Positions 1 through 10,518 of a DNA stretch of 64,000 bases are shown one piece after another. The stretch is from an uncultured Actinomycetota bacterium. Lineage in GTDB: Bacteria > Actinomycetota > Actinomycetes > Actinomycetales > Microbacteriaceae. The notes beneath the pieces are model-generated. The model saw only the letters and a program-made list of their open reading frames with translations. It did no database searches and was not told the DNA's origin. How positions within the stretch are numbered: position 1 is the stretch's first letter; each line of letters begins with the position of its first letter. The position numbers were made by a program, and so were the translations under genes. Where the stretch lies: assembly GCA_963754635.1 (NCBI GenBank), contig CAVWGM010000002.1:127345-191344 (forward strand). The letters run 5' to 3'.

Positions 1-501
1 AGCGGCTCGCCAGTCGGTGATCGCGTCGTCTTGTGCGCGATCCGAGACGGCCTTCAGCACGCGGATCGGCACCCCGAACCGCTCGGCGACCCAGATGTAC
101 GCGTAGGTCTCCATGTCGACCAGGACCGCGCCGAGCGGACGGATGACCCCGACGGCCTCCGAGTCGTCGACGAAGTGGTCGCCGGTGGCGATCGTCACTC
201 CGTCCTGCGCCGTCTCCATGCGCGGCGGCAGCGACACGTGCTGGCCGACGATGCCGTCGATGTCGGTCACATCGTGCTGGATCGCCGCGCCGATCTCGTA
301 GACGTCGGCGTCGAGCCGGGCGTCGATCGCGCCGGCTGTGCCGACCACGACGATCTCGTCGTACTCGGCGGCGTCGAGCGCACGTGTCAGGGCATAGGTG
401 GCCTGCAGCTTGCCGGGGCCGGTGACGAGGCGGTCGAACCCGGGGAGGTCGGCGGGAAAGGCGACGAGTTCGGCATCCAGGGCCGCGACGAGAAGCTTCA
501 C
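1..501 (-). CDS. MTA/SAH nucleosidase-family (nucleoside phosphorylase fold) protein; the 3' end runs off the window
   Basis: Not in the ORF track. GTG start at 499-501 on the complement strand, open to position 1. My translation reads VKLLVAALDAEL..VTGPGKLQATYAL..VVVGTAGAI..VDMETYAYIWVAERFGVPIRVLKAVSD, which matches the GxGK, VGxAG and ME motifs of this fold. Confidence 0.6.
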   Translation of the reverse strand, partial: MKLLVAALDAELVAFPADLPGFDRLVTGPGKLQATYALTRALDAAEYDEIVVVGTAGAIDARLDADVYEIGAAIQHDVTDIDGIVGQHVSLPPRMETAQDGVTIATGDHFVDDSEAVGVIRPLGAVLVDMETYAYIWVAERFGVPIRVLKAVSDRAQDDAITDWRAA

Positions 502-611
502 CGGTCCATTCTCGCCGGGTCGCCTGGGCGTTGCCCCGGTGAGGGGGCGTGCGTCAGCGAGCCGGGTCTGGGGCGGAGCCCCAGAAGACTCAGTGCTCGG
601 GATGCCGCGGC

Positions 612-2096
612 TCACCGCCCTCGCAGCGACATGGGTCCCAACACCGGGCGCCGCCGGTCACGGAGCCACCGGGCTGCGCCGGCGCGCCGCTCTTCGCGGG
701 TCGAGAAGCGATAGCGGTAGGACACGGCGCGCACCCACCGCGGCCGCTCGCCGGCGAACGGGTCCCCAGCCAGGAGGCGCAGGGTCGCGGCATCCGCTTC
801 CAGCAGTCGCACCAGGAACAGCGTGAACCAGTCCTCGAGCGAGCGGCCGAGCGGCAGGAACCACATCAGCCAGTCCAGCCGCAGGTGGTACGGCGCGAAC
901 TGCCCGGGGATCCGCCGCACATCGCCGGGCTTGCCCTTGAAGGCGTACTCGCGCCAGGTCGCGGCATCCGGATCTTCGTCCGTCGTGCCCTCGACGACGA
1001 TCTCGATGCGCTCCTTCGTCACCGTCCCGAACGCGCCGTAGGCGTTGGCCAGCTGCCATCGGTTGAAGCTCGCATTCATGAGCTGCCGCCGCGCGACGAG
1101 GTTGCGCACCGCCGGCCGGCTCAGCACGAGGTAGAGCACGCCGACCGCCGATGTCACCAGCAGCCAGGGGAGCGGCATCCCGTCGACGGTCCACGGCGGA
1201 TCCTGCAGCGGCGGCGCGACAGGAGAGCCGATTCCCGGCAACCCGATGGCTGAGAAGGCCAGCACGACGGTGGCCCAGTTGAGCCACGCGAAGTTGCCCG
1301 TCAGGATGAGCCAGAGCTGGGTCGCGATGACGATGCCCGCCGCGACGGCTCCGATGAGCGCCGGGACCGGCCCGGGCATCCACAGGCCCAGCAGCGGCGC
1401 GAACAGGAACCACGGCACGACGAGCTGCGCGAAATGGTTGCCGATGACCTCGCCCTTGTGGAACCACCGCGGCAGCAGGTGCGCCTGCCGGCTCAAAGGC
1501 CCTGGCATCGGCTGCGTCTCGTGGTGGTAGATGAGCGCCGTGAGATCGCGCCACTCCCTGCCGCCGCGGATCTTGATCATGCCGGCGCCGAACTCGAGTC
1601 GGAACACGAGCCACCACATCAGCACGATCACGACGGTGGGCGGCGGCTCGGCGGCCGATCCGAGGAACGCGGCGAGGAACGCCGCCTCGAGCAGCAGCAT
1701 CTCCCACCCGAAGCCGTAGAAGGTCTGGCCGATGCTGACGATCGACATATATCCGAGCCACAGGGCGAGGTAGCAGACCATCGGGGCCCACGGCGTGAAC
1801 AGCTGCGGGATGCCGCAGACCAGCGCCGCCGCGACGGCGATGCCCGCCCCGCAGAGGATGGCCAGGCGTCGGTCGGTGTACTCGACGAGACGGAAGAGCG
1901 TAGGGCGCAGGAGGCGGCCGCGCGGCGACGTGCGCGCCCACTGCAGCAGTTCGGGGGCAGGAAGCAGACCGTGCTCGCCGAGGAGCGGGCGGAACTGATT
2001 CAGCGTCGAGACGAAGGCGACGAGGTACAGCACGGCGATCCCGCGCTGGAGGACCTCGCGGGCGATCCCGAAGTCGACTGCCGCGAACCCGTCCAT
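612..2096 (-). CDS. Lipase maturation factor (LMF1)-family polytopic membrane protein
   Basis: ORF 612..2132, with multiple TM segments. The N-terminus DFGIAREVLQRGIAVLYLVAFVSTLNQFRPLLGEHGLLP is typical of bacterial LMF-family proteins. I prefer ATG 2096 (GACGAT box 6 nt upstream); GTG 2132 is the alternative. Confidence 0.7.
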   Translation of the reverse strand: MDGFAAVDFGIAREVLQRGIAVLYLVAFVSTLNQFRPLLGEHGLLPAPELLQWARTSPRGRLLRPTLFRLVEYTDRRLAILCGAGIAVAAALVCGIPQLFTPWAPMVCYLALWLGYMSIVSIGQTFYGFGWEMLLLEAAFLAAFLGSAAEPPPTVVIVLMWWLVFRLEFGAGMIKIRGGREWRDLTALIYHHETQPMPGPLSRQAHLLPRWFHKGEVIGNHFAQLVVPWFLFAPLLGLWMPGPVPALIGAVAAGIVIATQLWLILTGNFAWLNWATVVLAFSAIGLPGIGSPVAPPLQDPPWTVDGMPLPWLLVTSAVGVLYLVLSRPAVRNLVARRQLMNASFNRWQLANAYGAFGTVTKERIEIVVEGTTDEDPDAATWREYAFKGKPGDVRRIPGQFAPYHLRLDWLMWFLPLGRSLEDWFTLFLVRLLEADAATLRLLAGDPFAGERPRWVRAVSYRYRFSTREERRAGAARWLRDRRRPVLGPMSLRGR

Positions 2097-2220
2097 GCCC
2101 CCATCGTCACGACGAGATCGGGCGCCTGCCACGCACTTGCGGCGACACGGCCCGGGCGGTAGCGGACCGCCCCCTGCGGCCCATCTGTCGGGGCAGGCGC
2201 AGTCCGCGGCATCCGCTCGG

Positions 2221-4275
2221 CTACTCCTCGACGAGCTCGGGCAGCGCGGCCTTGAGCTCCGCGATCCACACGTGGGCGTTGCCGTCCGAGGGGGCGCGCC
2301 AGTCGCCGCGCGGCGACAGCGACCCCGCCGGTGAGACCTTGGGCCCGTTCGGGATGGCCGAGCGCTTGAACTGCGCGAACGCGAAGTAGCGCTGCAGGAA
2401 CACCTGCAGCCACTTCGCCACCGCGGCCAGGTCGTACGCGAAGCGGTCCTCGGCGGGGAAGCCGGGCGGCCAGGCGCCGGAGTCCTTGTCGCCCCAGGCC
2501 TGCCACGCCAGGTACGCGATCTTCGACGGCCGGAAGCCGAAGCGCAGCACGTGGTAGAGCGCGAAGTCGTGCAGCGCGTAGGGACCGATGCGGTCCTCGG
2601 TCGACTGCAGCCTGCCGTCCTGACCGGCCGGGACGAGCTCGGGCGAGATCTCGGTGTCGAGCACCGACTGGAGCACGGCGGCCTCGGCGTTGTCCACGCC
2701 CTCGCGGTGCGCGATCACCCAGCGGATGACGTGCTGGATCAGCGTCTTGGGCACGCCGGCGTTGACGGCGTAGTGGCTCATGTGATCGCCGACGCCGTAG
2801 GTCGCCCAGCCGAGGGCCAGCTCGGAGAGGTCGGACGTGCCGATCACCATGCCGCCGTGCTGGTTGGCCAGGCGGAAGAGGAAGTCGGTCCGGATGCCGG
2901 CCTGCACGTTCTCGAAGGTCACGTCGTAGACCGGCTCGCCGCCGGCGAACGGATGCTTGATGCCCTGCAGGATCTCCGTCGCCGCGGGACGGATGTCGAT
3001 GGTCTCGATCGAGGCGCCGACCGACTCGGCCAGCGCGATCGCGTTCGACTTGGTGTGGTCGCTCGTGGCGAACCCCGGCATCGTGTACGCCAGGATGTCG
3101 CTGCGCGGCCGCCCCATGCGGTCCATGGCGCGCGCGACGACCAGGAGCGCGTGGGTGGAGTCGAGCCCTCCGCTCACGCCGATCACCGGCTTGGGCCCGC
3201 CGATGGACTGCATCCGCTGGACGAGGCCCGAGACCTGGATGTTGAAGGCCTCGTAGCAGTCCTGAGCCAGACGCGCGGGGTCGTCGGGGACGAACGGGAA
3301 GCGGTCGAGCGCTCGCCGCAGGCCGACGTCCGTCGCGGGCGGGTCGAGCTCGAAGTGCACGACCCGGAACTGCGGGTCGTGCGTCCGGCGGTTGTCGTCG
3401 AAGGTTCCCTGCCGGAGGCGGTCCTGCCGCAGCCGGTCGAGATCGACGTCGGCGACCGAGCGTCGCGGGCCGTCGGGGAAGCGCTCGGTCTCGGCGAGCA
3501 GGTTGCCGCCCTCGTAGATCATGGTCTGGCCGTCCCACGACACGTCGTTCGTGGACTCGCCCATGCCCGCCGCCGCGTACGCGTAGGCCGCGAGGCAGCG
3601 CAGCGACTGCGACTTGCACAGGTCCTTGCGGTCCTCGGCCCGCGCGATCGTGATCGGGCTGCCGCTGAGGTTGAGCAGGACGGTGGCGCCGGCCAGCGCG
3701 GCGCCGGCCGACGGCGGGATGGGCACCCAGACGTCCTCGCACACCTCGGCGTGCACGACGAGGCCGGGCACGTCGATCGCCTCGAACAGCAGATCCGGTC
3801 CGAACGGCGCTTCGAGCTCGCCGACCCGGATGTACTCGCCGGCCTGGTCGTCGCCCGCCGCGTACCAGCGGCGCTCGTAGAACTCGCGATAGTTCGGCAG
3901 ATACGACTTGGGGGCGACGCCCAGCAGCTCACCGCGGTGGATCACGACCGCGCAGTTGTAGAGACGGTTGCGGTGGCGCAGCGGAGCGCCCACGACGAGC
4001 ATCGGGAAGAGATCGGCGGATGCCTCGACCAACCGTGCGATCGCGCCCTCGACGGCGTCGAGCACGGCATCCTGCATCACCAGATCCTCGAGCGAGTACC
4101 CGGTGAGGCACAGCTCGGGGAACACCGCGACCGCGACGGAGTCGGCGTCGCACTCGCGCGCCGTGGCGAGGACCGCGTCGGCGTTGGCCGCGGGGTCGGC
4201 GATCGTGAGCGGGATCGTGCACGCCGCCACGCGAGCGAACCCGTGCCGGTACGCGCTCTCGAAGGGAAGGCTCAT
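2221..4275 (-). CDS. nadE: Glutamine-dependent NAD+ synthetase
   Basis: N-terminal CN-hydrolase domain plus a C-terminal NAD synthase domain with the SGGxDS loop (VIGVSGGLDSTHAL). ATG at 4275 (MSLPFESAYRHGF). The upstream part of ORF 2221..4539 is low-complexity. Confidence 0.95.
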   Translation of the reverse strand: MSLPFESAYRHGFARVAACTIPLTIADPAANADAVLATARECDADSVAVAVFPELCLTGYSLEDLVMQDAVLDAVEGAIARLVEASADLFPMLVVGAPLRHRNRLYNCAVVIHRGELLGVAPKSYLPNYREFYERRWYAAGDDQAGEYIRVGELEAPFGPDLLFEAIDVPGLVVHAEVCEDVWVPIPPSAGAALAGATVLLNLSGSPITIARAEDRKDLCKSQSLRCLAAYAYAAAGMGESTNDVSWDGQTMIYEGGNLLAETERFPDGPRRSVADVDLDRLRQDRLRQGTFDDNRRTHDPQFRVVHFELDPPATDVGLRRALDRFPFVPDDPARLAQDCYEAFNIQVSGLVQRMQSIGGPKPVIGVSGGLDSTHALLVVARAMDRMGRPRSDILAYTMPGFATSDHTKSNAIALAESVGASIETIDIRPAATEILQGIKHPFAGGEPVYDVTFENVQAGIRTDFLFRLANQHGGMVIGTSDLSELALGWATYGVGDHMSHYAVNAGVPKTLIQHVIRWVIAHREGVDNAEAAVLQSVLDTEISPELVPAGQDGRLQSTEDRIGPYALHDFALYHVLRFGFRPSKIAYLAWQAWGDKDSGAWPPGFPAEDRFAYDLAAVAKWLQVFLQRYFAFAQFKRSAIPNGPKVSPAGSLSPRGDWRAPSDGNAHVWIAELKAALPELVEE

Positions 4276-4378
4276 GCCCCCAGTCTGGCAGGAGGCCTCC
4301 CGTCGCGGTGCGATTGCGCTTCCGCCGCGGCGGGCGCTGTCCGTGCCCGCGGCTAGGGTCGTGGGGAAAGGCGGTGGC

Positions 4379-7300
4379 ATGCGGTACATCCCGGGAGACG
4401 GCGGCGGCGAGGGCCGGGTCGTCTGGAGCGCGAGCGACCTCAAGGCGGCGGCCGAGTGCGAGTTCGCGTGGGTGCGTTCGATCGACGCGAAGCTGGGGCG
4501 CATCGCGGCGGTCGAAGAGCCCGAGGACGAGACGCTCAAGCGCGCGGGGCGACTGGGAACGGCGCACGAGCTGCGCGCGCTCGCCGACTACGTCGAGCGG
4601 TTCGGGAGCGGCGTCGTCGAGATCCCCGAGACACGCTCTTCGGATGCCGCGGCCCTCGCGGACGCGGTCGCGCTCACCAACGCGGCGCTCGCCTCGAGCG
4701 CCGACGTCGTCTATCAGGCGGCGTTCTCGACGAGTGACTTCGTCGGCTTCGCCGACTTCCTCGTGCGCGACGCCGACGGACGCTGGATCGTGCAGGACAC
4801 CAAGCTCGCGCGTCATGCGCGGGTGACGGCGCTCATGCAGCTGGCGGCATACGTCGATCAGCTCGACCGGCTCGGCGTGCCGCGCTCTGATCGCGTGGAA
4901 CTGCTGCTCGGCGACGGCTCCACGAGCGTGCATGAGGTGGACGACATCCTGCCGGTGTTCTCCCTCCGTCGCGAGCGCCTCGCGGCTCTCATCGCCGATC
5001 GGCGCCTCGACCTCGGGGTCGACGGCGCGCCCATCGCCTGGGGCGACCCGCGCGGCGACCTCGATGTCGTCGCGTGCGGACGCTGCGCGACGTGCGACAG
5101 CGAGGTCGTGGCCTCGCGCGATCTGCTGCTGGTCGCGGGCATGCGGCCGGTGCAGCGCGATCGCCTGCGCGCCGCCGGGCTCGGCACCATCGAAGAGCTG
5201 GCGGTCGCCCCGAGCGGACCGGCCGGTATGAACCCCGACACGTTCGGCATGCTGCGCACGCAGGCCCGGCTGCAGCTGCAGAGCCCGGCCGGTACTCCGC
5301 CGCTCGTGTCGGCGCCGTCGACGAACGGCAGCCTCCCGCCGGTGCCCACCTTCGAGGTCGTGGCCCCGACCGCACTGGGCGCCCTGCCCCGGCCCGATCA
5401 CGGCGACCTCTTCTTCGACTTCGAGGGCGACCCGCTGCACACCGAGGCGCAGCCGCCGGGGCACGAGGGCGAGCCGGTGCAGTGGGGCATCGACTACCTG
5501 TTCGGATGGGTGGACGACCGTGAGCAGTACACCGCGCTGTGGGCGCATTCCTTCGCGGACGAGAAGCGCGCACTCGAGACGTTCCTCGACATCGTGAATC
5601 TGCGCCGTCAGCAGCATCCGGGCATGCACATCTACCACTACGCCCCCTACGAGCCGACGCATCTGCTGGCGATGGCCGCCCGTCACGGCGTGCGCGAGAG
5701 GGACGTCGACCGGCTGCTGCGCGACGGCGTGTTCGTCGACCTCTACCCGATCGTGCGCCGCGCCCTGCGGGTGGGGTCGCGCTCGTACTCGATCAAGAAG
5801 CTCGAGCCGCTGTACATGGGCGACGAGGTGCGCACCAGCGACGTGCAGAAGGGCGACGACTCGATCGTGCGCTACGTCGAGGCCCGCGCGCTCGACGCCG
5901 ATGGCGACGGGGCCGCAGCCCGCGCGATCTTCGACGACCTGGCCGACTACAACCGCTACGACTGCGTGTCGACGCGGCGCCTCCGCGACTGGCTCGTCGA
6001 TCGTGCGCGCGCCGCTCAGCTGCTGCCGTCGCCGAACCCCGAACCCGACGAGCGCGCCTACGAGCCGTCGCCCCGGGCTCTGGCGCTCGAGCGGCTGGCC
6101 GGCGGGCACCCGGCCGACTCCGGTGAGTCGCAGGCGCTTCGGCTGGGCGCCGCGGCGATCGACTACTACCCCCGTGAGTCCAAGTCGTTCTGGGCGACGC
6201 ACTTCCTGCGCCTGCGCGAGCCCGTGCCGCTGTGGGAGGAGACGCGCGACGTCGCCGTGATCGATCCGACCCGCTCCCGCGTGGTCGAGGACTGGCACTT
6301 CCTCGAGAGCGGCCGCGGGGGTGAGCGCCGCACGATCGAGCTGCGAGGCGAACTGGCTCCCGGCACGCGCTTCGGCGTGGGCACCAACCCCTTCGTCCTC
6401 TACGAGCTGCCCGCGCCCTATCCCTCCGACGCTGCGCCGCGGTGGATCCACTCCGCGCGCTCGGTGACGGTGCTCGAGGTCCTCGACGACGGCGTCCTCG
6501 TCGAAGAGACTGCGGTCGACGGCGTGACGTGGTCGCCCTTCCCCCTCGCGATCACCCCGGCCGCGCCGCCGTCCGCCGGCAACCAGCAGTCCGCGATCGA
6601 CGCGTGGGCCGACGGGGTCATCGACGCGGCGCCGCACCTGCCGTCCGACCCGGCGACGGACATCCTCCGACGCCGCCCCCCGCGCACGATGGCCGGCAGC
6701 CTGCCCGCATCAGCCGGTGACGACGTCGAGGCCATCGTGCGCGCCGTCCAGGATCTCGACCGGAGCTATCTCGCGGTGCAAGGTCCTCCCGGCACGGGGA
6801 AGACCTACGTCGGGTCGCACGTGATCGCGCGGCTGGTGAAAGAGCGCGGCTTCAAGGTCGGCGTGGTGGCCCAGTCGCATGCCGTGGTCGAGAACATGCT
6901 CGAGCGCATCGTCGCGGCCGGCGTCGCGAAGGAGCTCGTGGGCAAGGCGCCCAAGACCGAGCGCGAGACGTACTGCTTCACCCCGCTCCGCAAGAACGGC
7001 GTCGCGGAGTTCGCCGCCCAGCACGCGGAGTCCGGATTCGTCTTCGGCGGCACCGCGTGGGACTTCAGCCACGAGGGCCGCATTCCGCGCGGCAGCCTCG
7101 ACCTGCTCGTCATCGATGAGGCCGGGCAGTTCTCGCTGGCCTCGACGATCGCGGTGTCGCTGGCCGCGCCGCGCCTGCTGCTGCTCGGCGACCCCCAGCA
7201 GCTTCCGCAGGTGAGCCAGGGCACCCACCCGGAACCCGTCGACACGTCGGCGCTGGGCTGGGTGATGGACGGCGCCGACGTCGTCCCGCCCGAGTACGGC

Positions 7301-7934
7301 TACTTCCTGGCGCGCACGTGGCGCATGCACCCGGCCGTCGCCGAGCCGGTGTCGAAGCTGTCCTACCGCGGCGAGCTCGCCGCGCACCCGTCGACGGCTC
7401 TGCGGGCACTCGAGGGGATCGAGGCCGGGGTGCGGCCGGTACCGCTTCGCCACCGGGGGAATGCGACGCAGTCGCGCGAAGAGGCGGCGGCCGTCGTCGA
7501 CATCGTGCGCGACGTCATCGGCGCGCGCGTGGTCCGACATCCGGGTCGAGGACGACGGCGTGACCACGCCCGTCGCACCGCGCCCATTGGAGCAGAGCGA
7601 CATCATCGTCGTGACGCCCTACAACGCGCAGCAGGTCGCGGTCGAGGAGGCGCTCGCCGCCGCCGGGTTCGCCGAGGTGCCGGTCGGGACGGTCGACAAG
7701 TTCCAGGGTCAAGAGGCAGCGGTCGCGATCGTGTCCCTGGCGGCGTCGTCCGGGCGCGATGCACCGAGAGGGCTGGAATTCCTGCTGCTGCGGAATCGGC
7801 TCAACGTCGCCATTTCGCGTGCCAAGCACACCGCGTACCTCGTGCACTCTCCTGCGCTGCTGGACGACCTGCCCCGGACGCCCGAGGGAGTCGCACGGCT
7901 GAGCGGATTCGCCCGCCTGGTCGGCCGGGTCTGA
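4379..7934 (+). pseudogene. RecB-like (PD-(D/E)XK, TM0106-type) nuclease fused to a DNA2/NAM7-like SF1 helicase; the reading frame is broken near 7520-7530
   Basis: N-terminal nuclease region with a Cys cluster (CGRCATC) and a YHYAPYEP segment. Helicase motifs GPPGTGKT, DEAGQ, GDPQQLPQV and WRMHP lie in the frame of ORF 3968..7945. Motifs V and VI (TPYNAQ, VDKFQGQE, NVAISRAK) lie in the frame of ORF 7461..7934. Confidence 0.8.
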
Positions 7935-7975
7935 GCCGCGCGTAGACTCGCGCACAGCGACCCCAGGAGGAATCC

Positions 7976-8296
7976 ATGGCCGACGAGGCGCCTCGGCAGT
8001 TCGAGATCGATCTGCCCCCCGAGCACATCAGCGGCAACTATGCCGACTTCGCGAACGTCTGGCATACGCCGACGGTGTTCGTGATGGACTTCCTCACGCT
8101 GGCGCAGCCGCCGCGCGATCAGGTCGATCCCGAGACGGGCGAGCATCACACCGTCGTACCGGCCCGGGTGGTCAGTCGCATCCGGATTCCCCCCGAGCAG
8201 GTGTTCGAGCTGGCCAAGGCGCTCACGCAGCAGCTCGAATTCTGGGAGCAGGAGACAGGGCGGCGCAACCCCCCGGGTCCCCTGCTCGAGACCTGA
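7976..8296 (+). CDS. DUF3467-like small protein
   Basis: 106 aa. The core YADFANVWHTPTVFVMDFL..ARVVSRIRIPPEQVFELAKAL is typical of DUF3467. AGGAGG sits 5 nt upstream of the ATG. Confidence 0.7.
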   Translation: MADEAPRQFEIDLPPEHISGNYADFANVWHTPTVFVMDFLTLAQPPRDQVDPETGEHHTVVPARVVSRIRIPPEQVFELAKALTQQLEFWEQETGRRNPPGPLLET

Positions 8297-8387
8297 CTGT
8301 CCGAGTAGACGCCGCGGACCGGCATGTCAACCCCGTACGTGGGGTTCACCCGCCCCCGTAGCCTGGCCAAGCGTCGGATAGACGCGG

Positions 8388-8423
8388 GTGCGGCATCCGT
8401 TCGGCGAGGGGCGGATGCCGCAC
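8388..8423. terminator. 12-13 bp GC-rich hairpin between convergent genes, built from an inverted pair of the GCGGCATCC word
   Basis: GTGCGGCATCCG (8388-8399), a 12-nt loop, then CGGATGCCGCAC (8412-8423). There is no clear U-tract. Confidence 0.5.
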
Positions 8424-8546
8424 CGTTCGCATCTGCGGCAGGTCTGGGCGCGCGCGGGTCACTTCGTCTGTGCGAGTTCGACCTCGACGGGTCCGGCAGC
8501 GTCGATTCCGCACAGATGAGCCCTGCGGCGCCGGGCGAGGGTCGCC

Positions 8547-9179
8547 TCAGACGGTGCCGTAGAGCCGATCGCCTGCGTCGCCGAGACCGGGGACGATGTA
8601 CCCCTTCTCGTTGAGCCGCTCGTCCATGGCGCCCAGCACCAGGGTGACGTCCCGGCCGTCGACCTGCTTCTCCAGCGCCGCGACACCCTCGGGGGCCCCG
8701 AGCAGGCAGATGGCGGTGACGTCCTGCGCGCCGCGGGCGAAGAGGAATTCGATCGCCGCGCCGAGCGAGCCGCCGGTGGCGAGCATCGGGTCGAGTACGA
8801 AGCACTGGCGGTCGCTGAGGTCGTCGGGCAGGCGCTCCGCGTACGTCGACGGCTCGAGCGTCTCTTCGTTGCGGACCATTCCCAGAAAGCCCACCTCGGC
8901 CGTGGGGACGAGCTTCACCATGCCCTCGAGCATGCCGAGCCCGGCGCGCAGGATGGGGACGACGAGCGGTCGCGGCTCGCTGATCTTGACACCGGTGGTC
9001 GTCGTGACCGGCGTCTCGATCTCGATCGGCGAGACCCGCACGTTGCGCGTCGCCTCGTAGGCCAGCAGAGTCACCAGCTCCTCGGTGAGCTGGCGGAACA
9101 CCGGCGACGAGGTGCGCTTGTCGCGCAGCACCGTGAGCTTGTGGGTGATGAGGGGATGATCGGCGACGTGCAGGCGCAT
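8547..9179 (-). CDS. upp: Uracil phosphoribosyltransferase
   Basis: [23 protein letters not shown].. plus a PRPP-binding loop ([11 protein letters not shown]). Confidence 0.95.
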   Translation of the reverse strand: MRLHVADHPLITHKLTVLRDKRTSSPVFRQLTEELVTLLAYEATRNVRVSPIEIETPVTTTTGVKISEPRPLVVPILRAGLGMLEGMVKLVPTAEVGFLGMVRNEETLEPSTYAERLPDDLSDRQCFVLDPMLATGGSLGAAIEFLFARGAQDVTAICLLGAPEGVAALEKQVDGRDVTLVLGAMDERLNEKGYIVPGLGDAGDRLYGTV

Positions 9180-9195
9180 ACGCCCAGGCTAGTGC

Positions 9196-9678
9196 GTGGG
9201 GTCGTACGCTCGTGCTGTGACCTTCGAGCCCGCTGACGTCGTCGCGATGGACCTCGCGCTCGCTCTGGCGGAGACGGCGGGCGAGGCGGGGGACGTTCCC
9301 GTCGGTGCAGTGGTGACGGATGCCTCGGGCACGGTGATCGGCCGGGGGCGCAACCTCCGCGAAGTCACCCACGACCCCACCGCCCACGCCGAGGTCGTCG
9401 CGCTGCGCGAGGCCGCGGCATCCCTCGCCTCGTGGAACCTCGAGGGCTGCACACTCGTGGTCACTCTCGAGCCCTGTGTCATGTGCGCCGGGGCGGTGCT
9501 GCAGTCGCGGGTTTCCCGCGTGGTCTTCGGCGCGTGGGACGACAAGGCCGGCGCGGCGGGATCCGTGTACGACGTGGTGCGCGATCGACGGCTGCCGTAC
9601 CGAGCCGAGGTCGTCGGCGGGCTGCGCGAGGCGGAGGCGTCCGCTCTGCTGCGGAGCTTCTTCGACGCGAGGCGCTGA
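9196..9678 (+). CDS. tadA: tRNA-specific adenosine deaminase
   Basis: CDA zinc motifs HAEVVAL and PCVMCAGA. The start is uncertain: GTG 9196 or ATG 9247. Confidence 0.9.
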   Translation: MGSYARAVTFEPADVVAMDLALALAETAGEAGDVPVGAVVTDASGTVIGRGRNLREVTHDPTAHAEVVALREAAASLASWNLEGCTLVVTLEPCVMCAGAVLQSRVSRVVFGAWDDKAGAAGSVYDVVRDRRLPYRAEVVGGLREAEASALLRSFFDARR

Positions 9679-9705
9679 AGCGCACCTCGCTGGTAGACGA
9701 GGTCG

Positions 9706-9741
9706 GGGGGTCTGCCCCCGGCTACGCGGGGGTCTGCCCCC
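9706..9741 (+). terminator. Two tandem copies of the small hairpin GGGGGTCTGCCCCC downstream of tadA
   Basis: Identical 14-mers at 9706-9719 and 9728-9741, each a G5/C5 stem with a TCTG loop. Confidence 0.35.
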
Positions 9742-9778
9742 TCCCTGCGGTGTCACAGCCGCCCCTAGCGTGACAGGC

Positions 9779-10498
9779 GTGACCCGCCTCATCGAACCTG
9801 CCCGCACCGCTCCCGTCGCCGCGCGACCGAACGGCATCCGTTCCCGGATCGGCTGGACCTTCGTGCTGCTGACCGCGCTGGCCATCGTCGCCTATGCCGC
9901 AGTGCCGTACTTCACGGCGTCGCTCGAGACCCTCGCCGAGGCCCCTGGTCTCGCCGCGGACTACGTCGGAAAACCGGCTTTCGTGCTGGCGGCCCTCTAC
10001 CTGCACATCGCCGGCGGCGCGACGGCGCTCGCATTGGGCGCCCTGCAGTTCTGGCGCGGCCTGCGGACCCGTGCTCCGCGCGTGCACCGCTGGATCGGAC
10101 GCATCTATCTGGTGGGCGTTGCCGTCGGCAGCCTCGGCGGACTGGTGATCGCTCCGACGAGCACCGCCGGCTTCGTCGGCTTCTTCGGATTCAGCACGCT
10201 CGCGGTGCTGTGGCTCGCCACGGGATGGCGCGCGTACCGCGCGATCCGACGGCGAGACGTCGCGAGCCACCAGGCGTGGATGATCCGGAACTACGCCCTC
10301 ACGTACTCGGCGGTGACGCTGCGGATCTGGCTGCCGCTGATGATCTTCGCCCCGCTCCTGGTCGGCCAGGCACCCGACTTCGACAACGCCTACGCCGCCG
10401 TGCCGTTCGTCGCCTGGCTTCCGAACCTCATCGTCGCGGAGTGGCTCATCCGTCGGCGGGGGCTGCCGTCGTACCGGCTGACGGCTGCACGGGCCTGA
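9779..10498 (+). CDS. DUF2306-like integral membrane protein
   Basis: Six predicted TM segments, with LYLHIAGGATALALGALQFW and HQAWMIRNYALTYSAVTLR. GTG 9779 is preceded by TAGCGT with a 7-nt spacer. Confidence 0.7.
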   Translation: MTRLIEPARTAPVAARPNGIRSRIGWTFVLLTALAIVAYAAVPYFTASLETLAEAPGLAADYVGKPAFVLAALYLHIAGGATALALGALQFWRGLRTRAPRVHRWIGRIYLVGVAVGSLGGLVIAPTSTAGFVGFFGFSTLAVLWLATGWRAYRAIRRRDVASHQAWMIRNYALTYSAVTLRIWLPLMIFAPLLVGQAPDFDNAYAAVPFVAWLPNLIVAEWLIRRRGLPSYRLTAARA

Positions 10499-10518
10499 AG
10501 GGTCCGCCGGCTCCGCGC

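Noticed and set aside
4379-7934. Interpreting the nuclease-helicase gene as an anti-phage defence system.
   Set aside because: There are no partner genes typical of defence islands (methyltransferases, ATPase/nuclease pairs, TIR/SIR2 effectors), no mobile-element flanks and no visible compositional shift. The neighbours are housekeeping genes. I kept it as a moderate-interest finding only.
8324-8614. A 96-aa ORF in the 250-nt gap between the DUF3467 gene and upp.
   Set aside because: The composition is low-complexity and Arg/Ala-rich. It overlaps the 3' end of upp on the opposite strand and has neither a -10 box nor a Shine-Dalgarno context. The gap more likely holds terminator structures (8388-8423, 8468-8515).
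9679-9778. A tRNA gene downstream of tadA (a common neighbour in other bacteria).
   Set aside because: No cloverleaf, T-loop (GTTCRANYC) or acceptor-stem pairing can be drawn. There are only two small G5/C5 hairpins and a -10 box for the next gene.
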